A stretch of DNA of 64,000 bases, from the NCBI RefSeq assembly GCF_009914755.1, contig NC_060936.1; one strand, given 5' to 3'. The first letter of the stretch is position 1. The number at the start of each line of letters is the position of its first letter. Under the pieces are notes generated by a model. It saw nothing but the letters and a program-made list of their open reading frames with translations, was not told the DNA's origin and did no database searches. The position numbers were made by a program, and so were the translations under genes. The stretch is from the human T2T-CHM13v2.0 reference genome, Homo sapiens. Of the stretch, positions 43,939-57,891 are shown in pieces.

Positions 43939-46900
43939 TCTATATTTTTAAAGATTTGTAATATTTGAGATACTAATGTCACCTCTTCAGTTATAATGAA
44001 AAGTCTTTGTAGATTTAATAACAATATACAGTCTTTAAAATTATATGTGTAATCTTGATAGCTCATTTTTGTACCACTCTAATAGTTGCCAAGTCTATTT
44101 GCCCTTTTTTCTTCATTTCTCATTATTGCATTTATTTTAAAATATGATTATTTTCATCGGAGGGGGAGATTTAGCAGAGTTCCTTAATAAAAGACCTTTA
44201 TATTAACCTGATTTATAACACAGTATCAATATTTCCAGTTAATTATGAATTTGCCTTTAGGAGTTTGGTATGTAACAGGGATTGCTTATGGATACACTGT
44301 AAACACAACACATGTTCATGATGATTAGTCTATAATTGGGTTATCTAATGTCTCTTTAGAAATGAAAGTGCTTATGTTTGTAGGTCATTATCTTTGTAAC
44401 TTAGGAAACTAAAAGTCACAAGCCTGCTCCTAGCTTTAATGGATGAAAATTGTAACAGTGTCTGTAAAGGGCTAACTTTTCACTACTGTTTATTTAAATA
44501 CCACTTTCATGGAAACACAATGAAAATGGTTCATTCTGTGTATAGAGCAGATTGGAGATTTTGATAGTGTGGAATTTTTAAAGTAGGAATTTAGATTAGG
44601 TGAGTTTTGGAGCCATTTTCTGAGTTCACTCTGGTTTGCAATTTCAAACTGATTTCAGATGAAAAAGTCTGGAAATGTTTAATGTCATGTCCTCTCCATC
44701 ACCTTTCCTTATACTCTATGAATTCGTTAACAATAGCCGTAATTCCAATTCTACATCAAGAAATAAAGAGAAAATTATATATGGCATTTTACTTTATATA
44801 TAGATATATAGATTAACTTTTAAAAATACATTTATTATGTGTATAACGTTTATATCTGTGTGTGATGCTTTTAGTGATTGGGACAGGGTATATTACTTAT
44901 TTTTACACTGCAGATTAATATAGACAGATTTTATATCATAGATACATAGATTTTCACTTACTAGAAATTCTAAAAAGATCAAAAGGCAATAGAATCATGG
45001 TATACAAAGAAGCACATTTGGACAAAATGAAATAATGTGGATGCTGGCTCGCTTCTGGTAAAAGCTGACTTAATTTAGAGTTCTTGAAGAAGCTAGCTGA
45101 AGAATGAAATGTCATTGTAACACACATCTGTTTCTTGAAAGAGTTTATACTTGAATGTAACTAGTCACTGTTAGCTCTGGCTAATTTTGAAGTTGATTTA
45201 AATTAATATAGAGGTTGTTCTGGTACTTTTTTTTTTGGTCAGTCTTTTTCTGTTCTCCATCTCTATCTACATGCACATTTTCTTTCATTTCATTTTCTTT
45301 TTACCTAATAGAGTCTTCTCCCTCCGAATGTGTTTAAAATTTTAAGGAATGCCATTCTGTCTCTCCCAGTACCTTGTTAGAATATTGAAATAATTTTATG
45401 CAAGAATCTTGTGGTTTTGGTTTAATAGGATTTTAGTAAAAATTTTCCATCTTGTGAAGTAAGTTTAAATAACTGAATATTTATGCTATGTCTGTGGCAA
45501 GTGTTTCCTCCTCTCCAGGTATAAACCACTTAAAGAGACCTAATGGAAGTTTGAAGTCATAGAGATATTATTCAGTGGGTAATGTTTAATTCTGTGGCAA
45601 CAGTTATACAGCTATGTGGAATCAGCATCCTTAGCCCATTTTTAAGCTAGCATGAACACAAATAAATGAAATAGTTTTTATTTTTATCGTATTTTAGAGA
45701 TCCACTTCAGAAATGCTCTTTAGTGAGCAGTGTTTGTCCTCGTGATATGAAACATCCCCTTGTTTGGGAGTTATTATTTCAGGGTCCAGCCTCAGCAGCA
45801 GTCTCTCAGGAAGTTTGGAAGGGAGAGAGCCTGCTGAACTGCTTATGCTGTATTGAGAATTTGCTTTCTAGTCTCAGGAACTAAGGAAGTCAGATTCAGA
45901 TTAAGACAATTTTTATTATAAAAGGAATCAAATTTTTGTAGCTTCCTTTTCTCAGCCATAAGCATTTCATTTAGAAAATTCTGGCCCAGTGTCTTGCTTA
46001 TTGTAAGTGCTGGCTGGATGGTAGGAAAAATGGATGAAAAAGAAATAAAAGACTTTTAACCTGAAATATTTATCTCCCCATTCTCCTGAGGTTGAGGTAG
46101 TGACTAAGTTGATTTAAGGAAATTTCTATGGGAAGAAGAGAAGAAATAAGACTATCAACAAAGCTATACATTTTCAGTTTTAATATGGTGTTTACATTTT
46201 TGTTACTTAAATATTTTCTTGCATATGTTACATAAGGGGTTGCATTTGCCTGTGCCCTTACTGGTAGGAAATCCCATGTTCAGCATGAGTCCTAGATAAT
46301 TATTTTTAGCTCACTCTCAACTGAAAATAACCAAAGCTACCACCAAGATCATTGTAGTGTAAACCTTTGAAAAATTTCTGAAATTTGGGTTCATATTTTA
46401 GAAAAATAAAATGTCAAGTGTTTTTCACATTCAACTAATAAATTGAGAGAGAACAAACTCTGACTTTATTTTCTTCCATTCCATCCCACAGGGCTCTGAC
46501 AGGTGCTCTTCAGCTATCACCTTTTTTATACTCTAGTAGTCTGCATTCTTGTTAGAGGTTCTTACTGAATAGCTGTATTTTCTGAAAAGTCTAATGTAAA
46601 GCAAATGTTATCTCCTTAGCTTTTAATTGTGATCAATTACAAAACAAAGTTTGAGATGGTTGCTTCCAGAGATGACATTGTGAAATTGACTTTTTAAAAA
46701 TGTCATCCAACTGCCGTGCTGGTTCCATCATGTGGAATGATCTAGAAATTTGGTAGCATAATTGCAGAATCAAGTTGAACTGAAAAATCAGAAGCTTATA
46801 GGGTTTTATTGCAGTGATAAATTTAGCTTTTCAGTCATTTTTCTTTGGTCCACCTACTTTTTAATAGAACTTGACTTGTGAAAATCAAAAAATTTAAGTC

Positions 46901-48484
46901 AAATAAGAATGTTTTGTTGTTGCAGTTTTAATACTTAGAGAAGATACAGTATTGTTATATCCTCTCACTGAAATCAGAGACATATCTTTTGAGTATGTTA
47001 GGCAGATGATCATGACATTAGATGAACTAGGAATACAATATTTAGGAAAAAAGTGATTTCGAACCTTACGGTGTCAAGTTTCTTTTTATCTGTACATGTC
47101 AAGTGTTCTCACAGGCAGACTTTTTAGAGAGATTGCTATCACTGACAACTTCCAGAGTTTGAGAGTTTTTTGAATATACTACTTAAAAAAATCTCCATAT
47201 GGTTTTCATTTGAAAAAATATATTACAAACTGAGACATTCACTATAAATTAAATTGAAATAATCAAAATATAATTAAGCTATTTGTGAGTTTACATTTTG
47301 TAAAACATTTTAGAAGCAAAATCATTTAACTTTGTTTGCATTTTGAGACAAGGAGCTAACTGTGTGTATCATCTTGAGTAGTGTCTGTTTTTATTCCTAG
47401 GGACTGTTTTCCCTATAATTGGAGTTGTTTTTTGCTAGGTAAGTAGGATCCAAATAACAGCATAGTTATTAAGGCAGTAGCCTCGTTTTGTCCACTTCTC
47501 GTCATTCCTTTTTACTTAAATAACAATTAGATTTGCTCATCTTAACCCCTTTACAGAGCTACAGCTAGAGCTTTTAAGTGTTTTTGGTGGAACTTCCTTA
47601 AGCAATTAACTAGTCCTAATAAAAAGTGTGAGAATTAGATTGGGAATGTTGGATACATATATAACTAAACACCGATTAAGTAAGTTATCTAAAAAATAAA
47701 GTGGCATTCAGATATGAAAACCACCATAAAAATGAGTGCCAAAAACTAATGGTAGTATTTTTGCTTGTGCACAAAGAAGACTAGATCAAAATCAAATGAA
47801 TAATTCCTCAGTTTTCAAAAAATATTTTATGGTCTTTTGAGGGCATAATATTAGTGCATGTAAAAACTAGAACCCTTTATGATTTGAAAAGAGGAGAAGA
47901 TGCTGAGAGAGACACTCTTGGAAGCTGGGCAGGAAATCCAGCCATGCATTGCCTCAAGGTCTGTCATTAGATCAAAAGCACTCAGGGGACGATGGTCTGT
48001 GTAAGAGGTCCTAATGCTATTCACGAACTCTCCTGACATTCATTAGTTTCCAAGACATTGATTCTTATTCTTTAACTTTTTAGCACATTTATCATTTTCA
48101 CTTATACATGTATGCTAATAGCAATCTTATGTGAACTTTTACCTCTTATATGACCAGAATTGATTAAAAATGTCGGCAAGTAAGTTTGTTATTTAATATC
48201 TCTGAACTTTCTCTATTTTACATTGAATATTTGCTACATTGTAAGCATTACAGTATGACTAGATTCTTCTTTTTTTCTAACTTCTCCCCTGTTGATAATT
48301 ATTCTTATATAACTATAATGCCATGTTAATCAAACTATTGTTTATGAATTATAACAGTAAATGCCCCTGGTTAATAGATTAATCAACCTGCCTTAGATGC
48401 TTTTGAAGTCTGTGAGGACATTGCTTAATTTCACCTACATATAATTACATATCATTTGACACTCTCTAAATCGAGCTGTTTATT

Positions 48485-48665
48485 GTAGTTCTCAAAATTT
48501 AGTGTGAATAAAAATTATTTGGGAAAACTATTAAAATGCAGACGTTTAAATACTAGATTATAGATCCTGTAACCTTCCAGATACTCTGATTTAGTTAAGT
48601 GTAGAGTGGGATCCTGAAATCTGTGGTTTTAAGGAACACCTCAGTTGCTTCTGTTGAGAATCACA
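48485..48665. mobile_element. MER5-like fragment
   Basis: tagttctcaaaatttagtgtg...ttaaaatgcaga...ttgagaatcac. Confidence 0.6.
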
Positions 48666-51621
48666 GGACTATAAACTTGTGTCTACTGAAACTGTACAGG
48701 AAGTTCTGACTTTTGCAATCCAATTCAACAAACAGTTTAAAAGTGCTTGGCTCAGACAAGAAGGGTCAGTATCATGGGGAAAAACTATACACACGCACTA
48801 TAGTTTATGAACCTATGACATTCATAAATGTTTCACTTTGATTTCATTTCTTTGAAGTTCAAAAAAACTTCATTGATGATACCTCAAAGAAGTTTTCTTA
48901 ACCACCCTGGATATCAATTTCCTCATCTGTAAAATAGGAATAGGAATATCAGCTTCACTACCTATCTCATATGGCTGTTTTAAAGGCTAAATCAAAATAA
49001 ATTGCTATACAAATGTTAAATAGAAAGAATATATGCACTCTCTAGACTGTCACAGACCAAAGCTTGTAATATATACCAGTTTCTTAAACTTTCAAAACTT
49101 TAGTGACCCTGTCTGTACCATAAGAATAATATAACTGATTTCTTAACGTTGCAAAGGTTAAATTAATGTAATAATGGACAGAGGTTCTTGTTAAACACTG
49201 TGCCCAGCTGAACATGAATAATACATATTCTTGCCCATTAGGGCCAGGTCATTGAAGGTTATAATCTAAATTTCAGAAAGCACTATGTAAAACAATGCAA
49301 ACAAATTTGCATTTGATTACAAAAACTCACAAGTCTTACAAAATATGAAAATTTAATGGAAGTTAATTAAAACAGTATTAGGGAGTTAAAGTGTAAGCAA
49401 AGCCACTGCCAAATGAGGCATCCTAGGAGCCAGATAAGGCAACAGTAGAAGGAGAGAGATCTGATAGGGACTTCAGATGCTTCGGGTGCTTCATTGAAAA
49501 AGGCTTAAGAGAGATATTTAAAAAAATTGGTGGAGTCTTTGAATGTCTTCGTAAAAATGATGCTTTTGAGGGTCGGTTGTGTAGTGTGTCCTATAACCCC
49601 ACGTACAGAAACTTGATTTGTGCTTTAAATTTGACTTGTACTCTAGCTGCCATTATAACCTATATTTTGTCTTGAAAAACAAAATTATTTTCAAAAATTT
49701 TAGTTTCATTTTTCATGGTAAAATATCAGTCATTCCCAACCCTTTTCTCATTATATACCAGTGGTGCCATTGTTCTCAAATGACAGGGACTTTCTGCTTA
49801 TTAACTGTATAATACAGCTAAGCCCTGGCTCAGCTGTGGCCCTCAATGGAAGGTAGTGAGTGTTTATTTTATCACATAAAAATATTCCTCAGGATGCTGT
49901 CTCTTTTTACCAGCTTCCACAGGGCTTTACTCTAGGCCTTAACCCTCAGACCACTCTTCTTCCAGATTTTTCCACTTATTGAATGATCTTTCAGTCTAGT
50001 CTGAGGTAGTTATTTTGGTTTGGCCCTAGGAGCAGCAGGAGTCCTGTGGAGTCTCAGTCTACTCCTATTGGTTTCAGTTTATAAATTCTGCCTGGAGTGG
50101 TCATCTCTTTCCTAACTTGGTTACAGACAGTCCATGGATTTCCACTTTTGTGATAGAAGATGGAAAAAGGTGAGGAGGAGGGGACAGCAGATCACATAGG
50201 CCATGAGGGGTCACTGCAAGACTCGTTCTGAGGCAGATGGGATACCATCAAAGGGTTTTGAGCAAAGAAAGGATGTTACCAGCCTTATGTTGAATAGGGT
50301 GTCTCATATTCTCTGTGTTGAGTGAGAGTAGGTGTTACGATGTAAGAAGGAAACCAATTAAGATTGTTGCAATAATCCAGAGATGGTTGGGAGTTGGACC
50401 AAAATGATAATGTCAGGGGCAGATTTTAAATATATATTGAAATCAGTACTGCCAAGTTGGGTATTGATGGGCTGGTATTTCCTTTGAGGACAGACAGAGA
50501 GTTCCTTTAATGTTTTCTCTTATTTTAGAGACCAAATAATAAAGGAATATTTATCTTTATTTCTTGCTTTAAAAATATCTGATTGGGTTGACATTTTTTT
50601 TTTTTTTTCTCTAATTTTATCTTCTGCCTACACCTTCCGGAAGATATACAAACTGGAGACCTGACATTCGGGAAAGTCATGAAATCTGCTTACATGGAAA
50701 TAAATTCTAATCAAGCATCTCAAACTCTTCAAAAGTTTTTTAGTTTGTTAGGATACTATAACGTTTTGTGTAATAAAAGTTGGTTTTGAAATTTTATTTT
50801 GATATAAATGTCTTTATATTTTAAAATCTGTTTTAACAAGATGAAATTTTAATAAATTTGTGTCATTCACATGCTCTTCCTTTTAAAGAGATGTATTTGC
50901 AGCTGATACTCTACCTATCTTTTTTAAAAATTTTAATTTAATTTAATTTTAAAATTCCAGAATACATGTGCAGGATGTGCAGGTTTGCTATGTAGGTAAA
51001 CATATACTATGGTGCTTTGCTGCATCTATCAACCTGTCACCTAAGTATTAAACCCAGCAAGCATTAACTATTTATCCTGCTTTTTTTCACCCTGTCGCCC
51101 CACCCGACAGACTCCAGCATGTTGTTCCCCTCCCCATGTCCATGTGTTATCATTGTTCAGCTCCCACTTATAAGTGAAAACATGTGGTGTTTGGTTTTCT
51201 GTTTCTGCATTAGTTTGCTAAGAATAATGGCTTCCAGCTCCATCCGTGTCCCTGCAAAGGAGACGACCTCATTCCTCTTTATGGCTGCATAGTATTCCAT
51301 GGTGTATATGTACCACATTTTCTTTATCTAGTCTATCGTTGATGGGCATTTGAGTTGATTCCATGTCTTTGCTATTGTGAATAGTACTGCTGTGAACATA
51401 AACATGCACGTATTTTTATAATAGAATGACTCACATTCCTTTGGGTGTATTCCCAGTAATGGGATTGCTGAGTAAAATGGTATTACTGGTTCTAGGTCTT
51501 TGAGGAATCACCACACTGTCTTCCACAATGGTTGAGCCAATTTACATTCCCACCACCAGTGTAAACGCGTTGTTATTTCTCCACAGCCTCACCAGCACCT
51601 GTTGTTTCTTGACTTTTTAGT

Positions 51622-52346
51622 AAATGCAAATCAAAACCACAATGAGATACCATCTCACACCAGTTAGAATGGCGATCATTAAAAAGTCAGGAAGCGACAG
51701 GTGCTGGAGAAGATGTGGAGAAACAGGAACACTTTTACACTGTTGGTGGGACTGTAAACTAGTTCAACCATTGTGGAAGACAGTGTGGCGATTCCTCAGG
51801 GATCTAGAACTAGAAATACCATTTGAACCAGCCATCCCATTACTGGGTATATACCGAAAGGATTATAAATCATGCTGCTACAAAGACACATGCACACGTA
51901 TGTTTATTGCGGCACTATTCACAATAGCAAAGACTTGGAACCAAGCCAAATGTCCAACAATGATAGACTGGATTAAGAAAATGTGGCACATATACACCAT
52001 GGAATACTATGCAGCCATAAAAAATGATGAGTTCATATCCTTTGTAGGGACATGGATGAAGCTGGAAACCATCATTCTCAGCAAACTATCGCAAGGACAA
52101 AAAACCAAACACCACATATTCTCACTCATAGGTGGGAATTGAACAATAAGAACACTTGGACACAGGAAGGGGAACATCACACATCGGGGCCTGTTGTGGG
52201 GTGGGGGGAGTGGGGAGGTATAGCATTAGGAGATATACCTAATGTAAATGACGAGTTAATGGGTGCAGCACACCAACATGGCACATGTATACATATGGAA
52301 CAAAGCTGCACGTTGTGTACAAGTACCCTAGAACTTAAAGTATAAT
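51622..52346 (+). mobile_element. Nested younger L1 (L1PA4/5-like) 3' end
   Basis: Uninterrupted 172-aa ORF2 C-terminus ([23 protein letters not shown]...HIFSLIGGN) followed by the 3' UTR. Confidence 0.96.
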
Positions 52347-52780
52347 ACAAAGTATTATATTAATTATTAATTATATTAATTATTAATATATAATATATAT
52401 AAAATATATATATAAATATATATAAAATATATATATAAATATATATAAAATATATATATAAATATATATAAAATATATATAAATATATATAAATATATAT
52501 AAAATATATATAAATATATATAAATATATAAATATATATAAATATATATAAAAATATAAATATATATAAATATATATAAAAATATATATAAATATATATA
52601 AATATATATAAAAATATATATAAATATATAAAAATATATATAAATATATATAAATATATAAAAATATATATAAATATATAAAAAATAAAAATAAATATAA
52701 ATATAAATATATTAATTATATTAATATATTATATTATATTATAGTATAGTATAGTATAATAAAAAAATACTAAAAAAAAA
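52347..52780. repeat. Expanded (AAATATATAT)n-like tract in place of the L1 poly(A) tail
   Basis: About 430 bp of nearly pure A/T. Confidence 0.95.
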
Positions 52781-52945
52781 TTGCCATTCTGACTGGCATG
52801 TGATGGTATCTCAATGTGGTTTTGGTTTGCATTTCTCTAATGATCGGTGATGTTGAGCTTTTTTTCATGTTTGTTGGCCACATAAATGTCTTCTTTTGAG
52901 AAATGTCTGTTTATGGCCTTTGTCCACTTTTTAATGGGGTTGGGG

Positions 52946-53102
52946 TTGTTTGTTTTTTTCTTTTTTCTTCTTTCTTTTTTTCTGGTAGAGTTGGGGTTTC
53001 ACCATGTTGGCCAGACTGGTCTCCGTCTCCTGACGTCAAGTGATCCACCTGCCTTGGCCTCCCACAATGTGGGATTATAAGTGAGAGCCACTGCGCCTGG
53101 CC
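52946..53102 (-). mobile_element. Alu left monomer only (AluS-type diagnostics)
   Basis: T-rich tail then gtagag...tttcaccatgttggccag...gagccactgcgcctggcc. The L1 resumes immediately after. Confidence 0.88.
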
Positions 53103-56100
53103 TTTTTCTTGTAAATTTAAATTCCTTGTAGATTCTGGATATTAGACCTTTGTCAGATGAATAGATTGCAAAAATTTTCTCCCATTCTATAGGTTGTTTG
53201 TTCACTCTGATGATTGTTTTGCTATGGAGAAGCTCTTTAATTAGATCCATTTCTCAATTTTTGCTTTTGTTGCAATTGCTTTTGATGTTTTTGTCATGAA
53301 ATCTTTGCCCATGCCTATGTCCTGAATGATATTGTCCAGATTGTCTTCTAGGGTTTTTATAGTTTTTGGCTTTGCATTTAAGTCTTTAATCCATCTTGAG
53401 TTAATTTTTGTATAAGTTATAAGAAAGGGGTCCAGTTTCAATTTTCTGGGTATGGCTAGCCAGTTCTTCCAGGACCATGTGTTAAATAGGGAATCCTTTG
53501 CCCATTGCTTGTTTTTGTCAGGTTTGTTGAAGATCAGATGGTTGTAGATGTGCAGTCATATTTCTGAGTTCTGTATTGGTTCCATTGGTCTATGTGTCTG
53601 TTTTTGTACCAGTACCATGCTGATTTGGTTACTGTGGCCTTGTAGTATAGTTTGAAATCAGGTAGCACAATGCCTGCTGCTTTGTTCTTTTTGCTTAGGA
53701 TTGTCTTGGCTGTGTGGGCTCTTTTTTTTGGTTTCATATGAATTTTAAAGTAGCTTTTTCTAATTTTGTGAAGAATGTCAATGGTAGTTTAATGGGAATA
53801 GCTTTGAATCTATAAATTACTTTGGGCAGTATGGCCAGTTTCACAATATTGATTCTCCCTATCTATGAGCATAGAATGTTTTTCCATTTGTTTGTGTCCT
53901 CTCTCATTCCTTGGATGCTCTAAATATCTTAAGCTCTAGTATAGCAAAAACATGAGACTTTCAAAGAAAATTCAAGGCTTTCTCTATTAGTCTTTGAATA
54001 GTCTGACAAATCCCAATTCCATCAAAGACATATTGCCAATACATCCCAGGTCTTTTTATAGAGGAAATACTTCTATTTTGTATCCATATTAACTCAGACT
54101 ATCTGTTGACATACAGAGCACTTCAGTGATAGGTGCTATATAAATATTTAAATTAGGATAGCTGATTGCTCTGTAAGTTAGGAGTTTGCTAATTCTACAT
54201 TGTGGTTAATTTCTGATTATGAAACATTTTTTACATACTGCTTGGGAACAACAAAAGATAAGATATTTTAAAATGTGTGAAATGAAGAGTTTTTAAATCA
54301 CATGGGAAAATACTTTTGATGAGTGGAAAGTGAAATCATGAAACACAATTGAGGATAGGCCAAATTCACAGCAGAAAGGAAACTTGTCAAGATGTTCATT
54401 CTTGTTTATGTGGGAGAATAATGGGTTATTTTTACGTACTTTTATATCTTTTTTCTGTATTTTGTAAGTTTTCAACCCTCCACACGTATTTTACAATCAG
54501 CAAAACAAAGCTTTATAAAGAAATGTATTCCTTTGACATTGTTCCTTTGGATATGTTCACAGAATATTTATTAGGGCCATTGCCTTAGTGGTCGTTTGGG
54601 TTGGAGACATGGAAATTGCACCTCCAGGTGCTTTTAGGAATGGTAATGTGTGATATTCAGTACTATATAAAACACCCTTGGAAGTAAAATCCTTTTGCAT
54701 TCCTAATTTTTGTCCCAGATGGCTGGACAGGCTTAAAATTTCTTATAAAATTGGAGATCCTAGTGGTACATGATCCTCCAAGGTAGATCCCTGAAATTTT
54801 AGATCGGCCTACAGACAATTTTTGTAACTTTACCTGAAGGTAGCGCTTTATGAAAATATATACATCCACGTGTATGCACATATATACCGAAACATGTTTC
54901 AGTTTTTACCAAGGCTTTTTGGTGTCTTTTTGTTTTAGACGTGGCAACAAAACTCTACCACGTCAACTGATACATTGAGAAGAACATGAAAACAAATGTT
55001 GTTCTACTAAGGAGAGAAAATTCCTTATAAAACATGTAGGAGGAGAGTATTGAGACTACCTCACTGATTACCAGGCTAATAAGGTTACAAATAAAGATCA
55101 GGTTCATAATGATTTTTGTTTAAAGTAATGAGCATGTTTTCTAAAAATGAGTAATTTCTATGTTTTGTTGTTTTCGTGTATCTGAGTTACATACACTGTA
55201 TATAATATTGATTAACTTCAGTTTCATTTCCCAGGATTTTGTTGAGTATTCCCTGCATTTCCTGCGTAAGACTAAGGAACTTTATACATTTCCATTTGTT
55301 GTTGCTTGTTTGAATAAATGAATAGAGAAAGAAAACAATGTGTACATAATATTTTTTAAAATGGTGCCACATCTAGGATTATTAAAATGCTTTTTCATTT
55401 GAAGAGCTGTACAATTTTGCAGAAATAAATTTGAGAATATTAAAACAGTTTCTATAACTACTGAGAAAAATAGAGAGTGTGCTCTCACTTAACCAAGAAA
55501 AAAATCTTTCTAGAAGAAAATATGATAGAATCAGAGAATGTAAACAGAAAAATCACTTTTACTCAATCATTCCACCCAGTTTTTACGGTTCTGTCGAAGG
55601 AGAGTTAGCAGAATAGTACTAGCTGATTATGCTTGCGATGGTTAAGGTGACAGAGACTGGTAGCCATTTCCTTTCTCTCTCTCTCTTTCTGTGTGTGTGA
55701 GGAGGAAAGGGGGCAATCAGTACTGAAGTTAGCATTTGGGTAGAATCCAGATCTCAGCCTTGCAGGTCAGAGATGCAATTTTTCCATAAAACTAGAGGTT
55801 ATCCACTGAGGAGGCACACTAATAATACAACTATATCTCATCAATCAGAATGTCAGGTTATTAATGGACACAGGAATTTAACTGTAAGGAAGATCAGAGT
55901 GCCAGTACTTACTAGTCAGTGCTTCTTGTTTTTAGTGGGAAAGTCACCTTTAGCATGGTTGGCTCCTAGACTGTAGCTGAGGATCTCTGGCTTGTGGGAA
56001 TTCTCCTTGGAAAACTTACACTGTTTGAGTTTTTTATTCTAGAACGTTTGAAGAGTGCCCACAACATCCCAGAAAATGTGGGGATTGCTGGGGGAAGATT

Positions 56101-56479
56101 CAGAAATGAACCATCCTTGCACCCTCCCTGAGTAAAGATACTACAGTAACAAATGATTATACTGCCAAGGGATAAATACTTTGAAAAACAGAAAGTCATG
56201 AGAACTTTGCCCTCCAGAAAGGTCATAGCTAAATTTAATGCTCAAATACTGTCACCCTCTTAACATGGATTTCTGGTAAAGTTCTGTCTTCCTGTCTTTT
56301 CTGACTTTTCCTTTTGATTTATGTTTTACATTCTCACGTGTTTATGTTAGTAGTAGGCTGACTATAATCAATTTCAGTACAATATAAAGAATGTATCTAA
56401 AATAGAAAAAAAAAACCCAGTGTATTCGTAAAAGAATATTTCTATATATTTCCCCTATGGGCATAAGGCCCAGAGGATA

Positions 56480-57135
56480 TGAGGTAGGGAAGGATTAAGA
56501 TGTGTTGAAGAGCTGGACATCAGGTGTGGAGTGCATACTGGGTTGTGGAAAAGACAGGTGGAAAAGACATGTGAAAAAGACACATAGCCCTGCTTTTGTG
56601 CTGAGGAGTAGAGGTGGGATGCTGGGAAATTTTAAGAGGTAAGATAAGGGGGATGTGGGGCCGGTGTGGAGAGGGGAGCAGGATGAAGACTTGAGTGTTT
56701 TAAGATTAGGTTGAGGAATTTGATATTTTATGTGTACCAAACATTATATTTTTTAACCAAAGAGTGATGTGAACAGATTAAACATGATTATTCTAGCAGT
56801 GGATTAGGTGGGGACCCAAATGGACACAAGGAGGCGTTTAAGAGGGTATTGTGAAAGTCCTGGGTAGAGACATTGAAGATTTATTAAGATAGTAGTGGTG
56901 GGCAGGAAAGGTGATTTAAGAAAAAAAAAAAAAAAAACTGCAGTTGGGAGGATTAGCTTGTGATTGATAGTGGAAGGTGTTAACAAAGGGCATGAACGCC
57001 ACTTAAAACTGTGAACCTGAGAAACTAGAAAGATAGTGGCGCTGGTCACTGAGAAAAAAAGCATCAGATCAGTTTTTGTTTATTTTAGTTTCGGGGTGAA
57101 GGAGGGAAGATGATGTGTTTGGTTTGGACATATTC
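56480..57135. mobile_element. L2 remnant
   Basis: Purine-rich degenerate L2 3' region (tttggtttggacatattcagtgt). Confidence 0.5.
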
Positions 57136-57790
57136 AGTGTATGTTACTTTTGCAACCTCATGTGACCCTGTCTCCTTGAAGCTGCTCAATTTTCTTAGTT
57201 CACAAAAAAATATTTTAATACCACAACCACGTTAGTTCACCGTATTTTCCTGATTAGTATGTACATGCTTTTTAGAACTGGAGCTTCTTGTGCCCAGCCT
57301 ATCACTACAAACACAGAAATGTTGTAGGCTTTGGACATTTCAATTTGTGCAAAGACTATCACCCTATTTAAGATTAGATGTTAAGCACGGTCCTAAATCT
57401 TACAGGGCAGATGACTTTTTACTCTTGGTGCTGAATCCTACCGATGAAAGATATTACTGAGTCAGTACAGACTTCAGCTTCTGTGTAACCCTCTAACGAT
57501 CCCCAGGGCAATATACTGTTGTAACCTTTGATCACACTTAAAAAGTACATGGGCAAGGTTCTTATCCTTGAGCAGATGAGTGCTTTTCATATGACTAGTT
57601 AAAAACTTACTTTATCAGTAGAGACAATCTAGGCTGTCGAGAGAAGTTAACCTTGTAAAATTATCAGGTTGAGTTCCACTTTGATGTTTTTCTTGGGTTA
57701 TTCTAGATGCTTACTATAGTTTGTCTTTTGTACAGTTAATATATGTGTGTATAAATTAGGCTATATTCAATGATGCTAGCTAGCATCATC

Positions 57791-57831
57791 GTGTGTGTGT
57801 ATGTATACATATATATAACATATATATTCTC

Positions 57832-57862
<31 letters not shown>

Positions 57863-57891
57863 TACATGCATTATACATATATATATATATA
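57791..57891. repeat. Compound (GT)/(TA)/(CA) microsatellite
   Basis: Read directly. Confidence 0.92.

Larger units (their letters stand above)
50922..53913 (-). mobile_element. Host L1 (older L1PA, 5'-truncated), split by a younger L1 and an Alu left arm
   Basis: Antisense 3' UTR and ORF2 remnants. Degenerate 17-bp TSD gatactctacctatctt (50905-50921) and gatgctctaaatatctt (53914-53930). Confidence 0.93.

Noticed and set aside
51624-52142. 172-aa open ORF
   Set aside because: It is the L1 ORF2 C-terminus in a 5'-truncated copy, with no promoter or RT domain.
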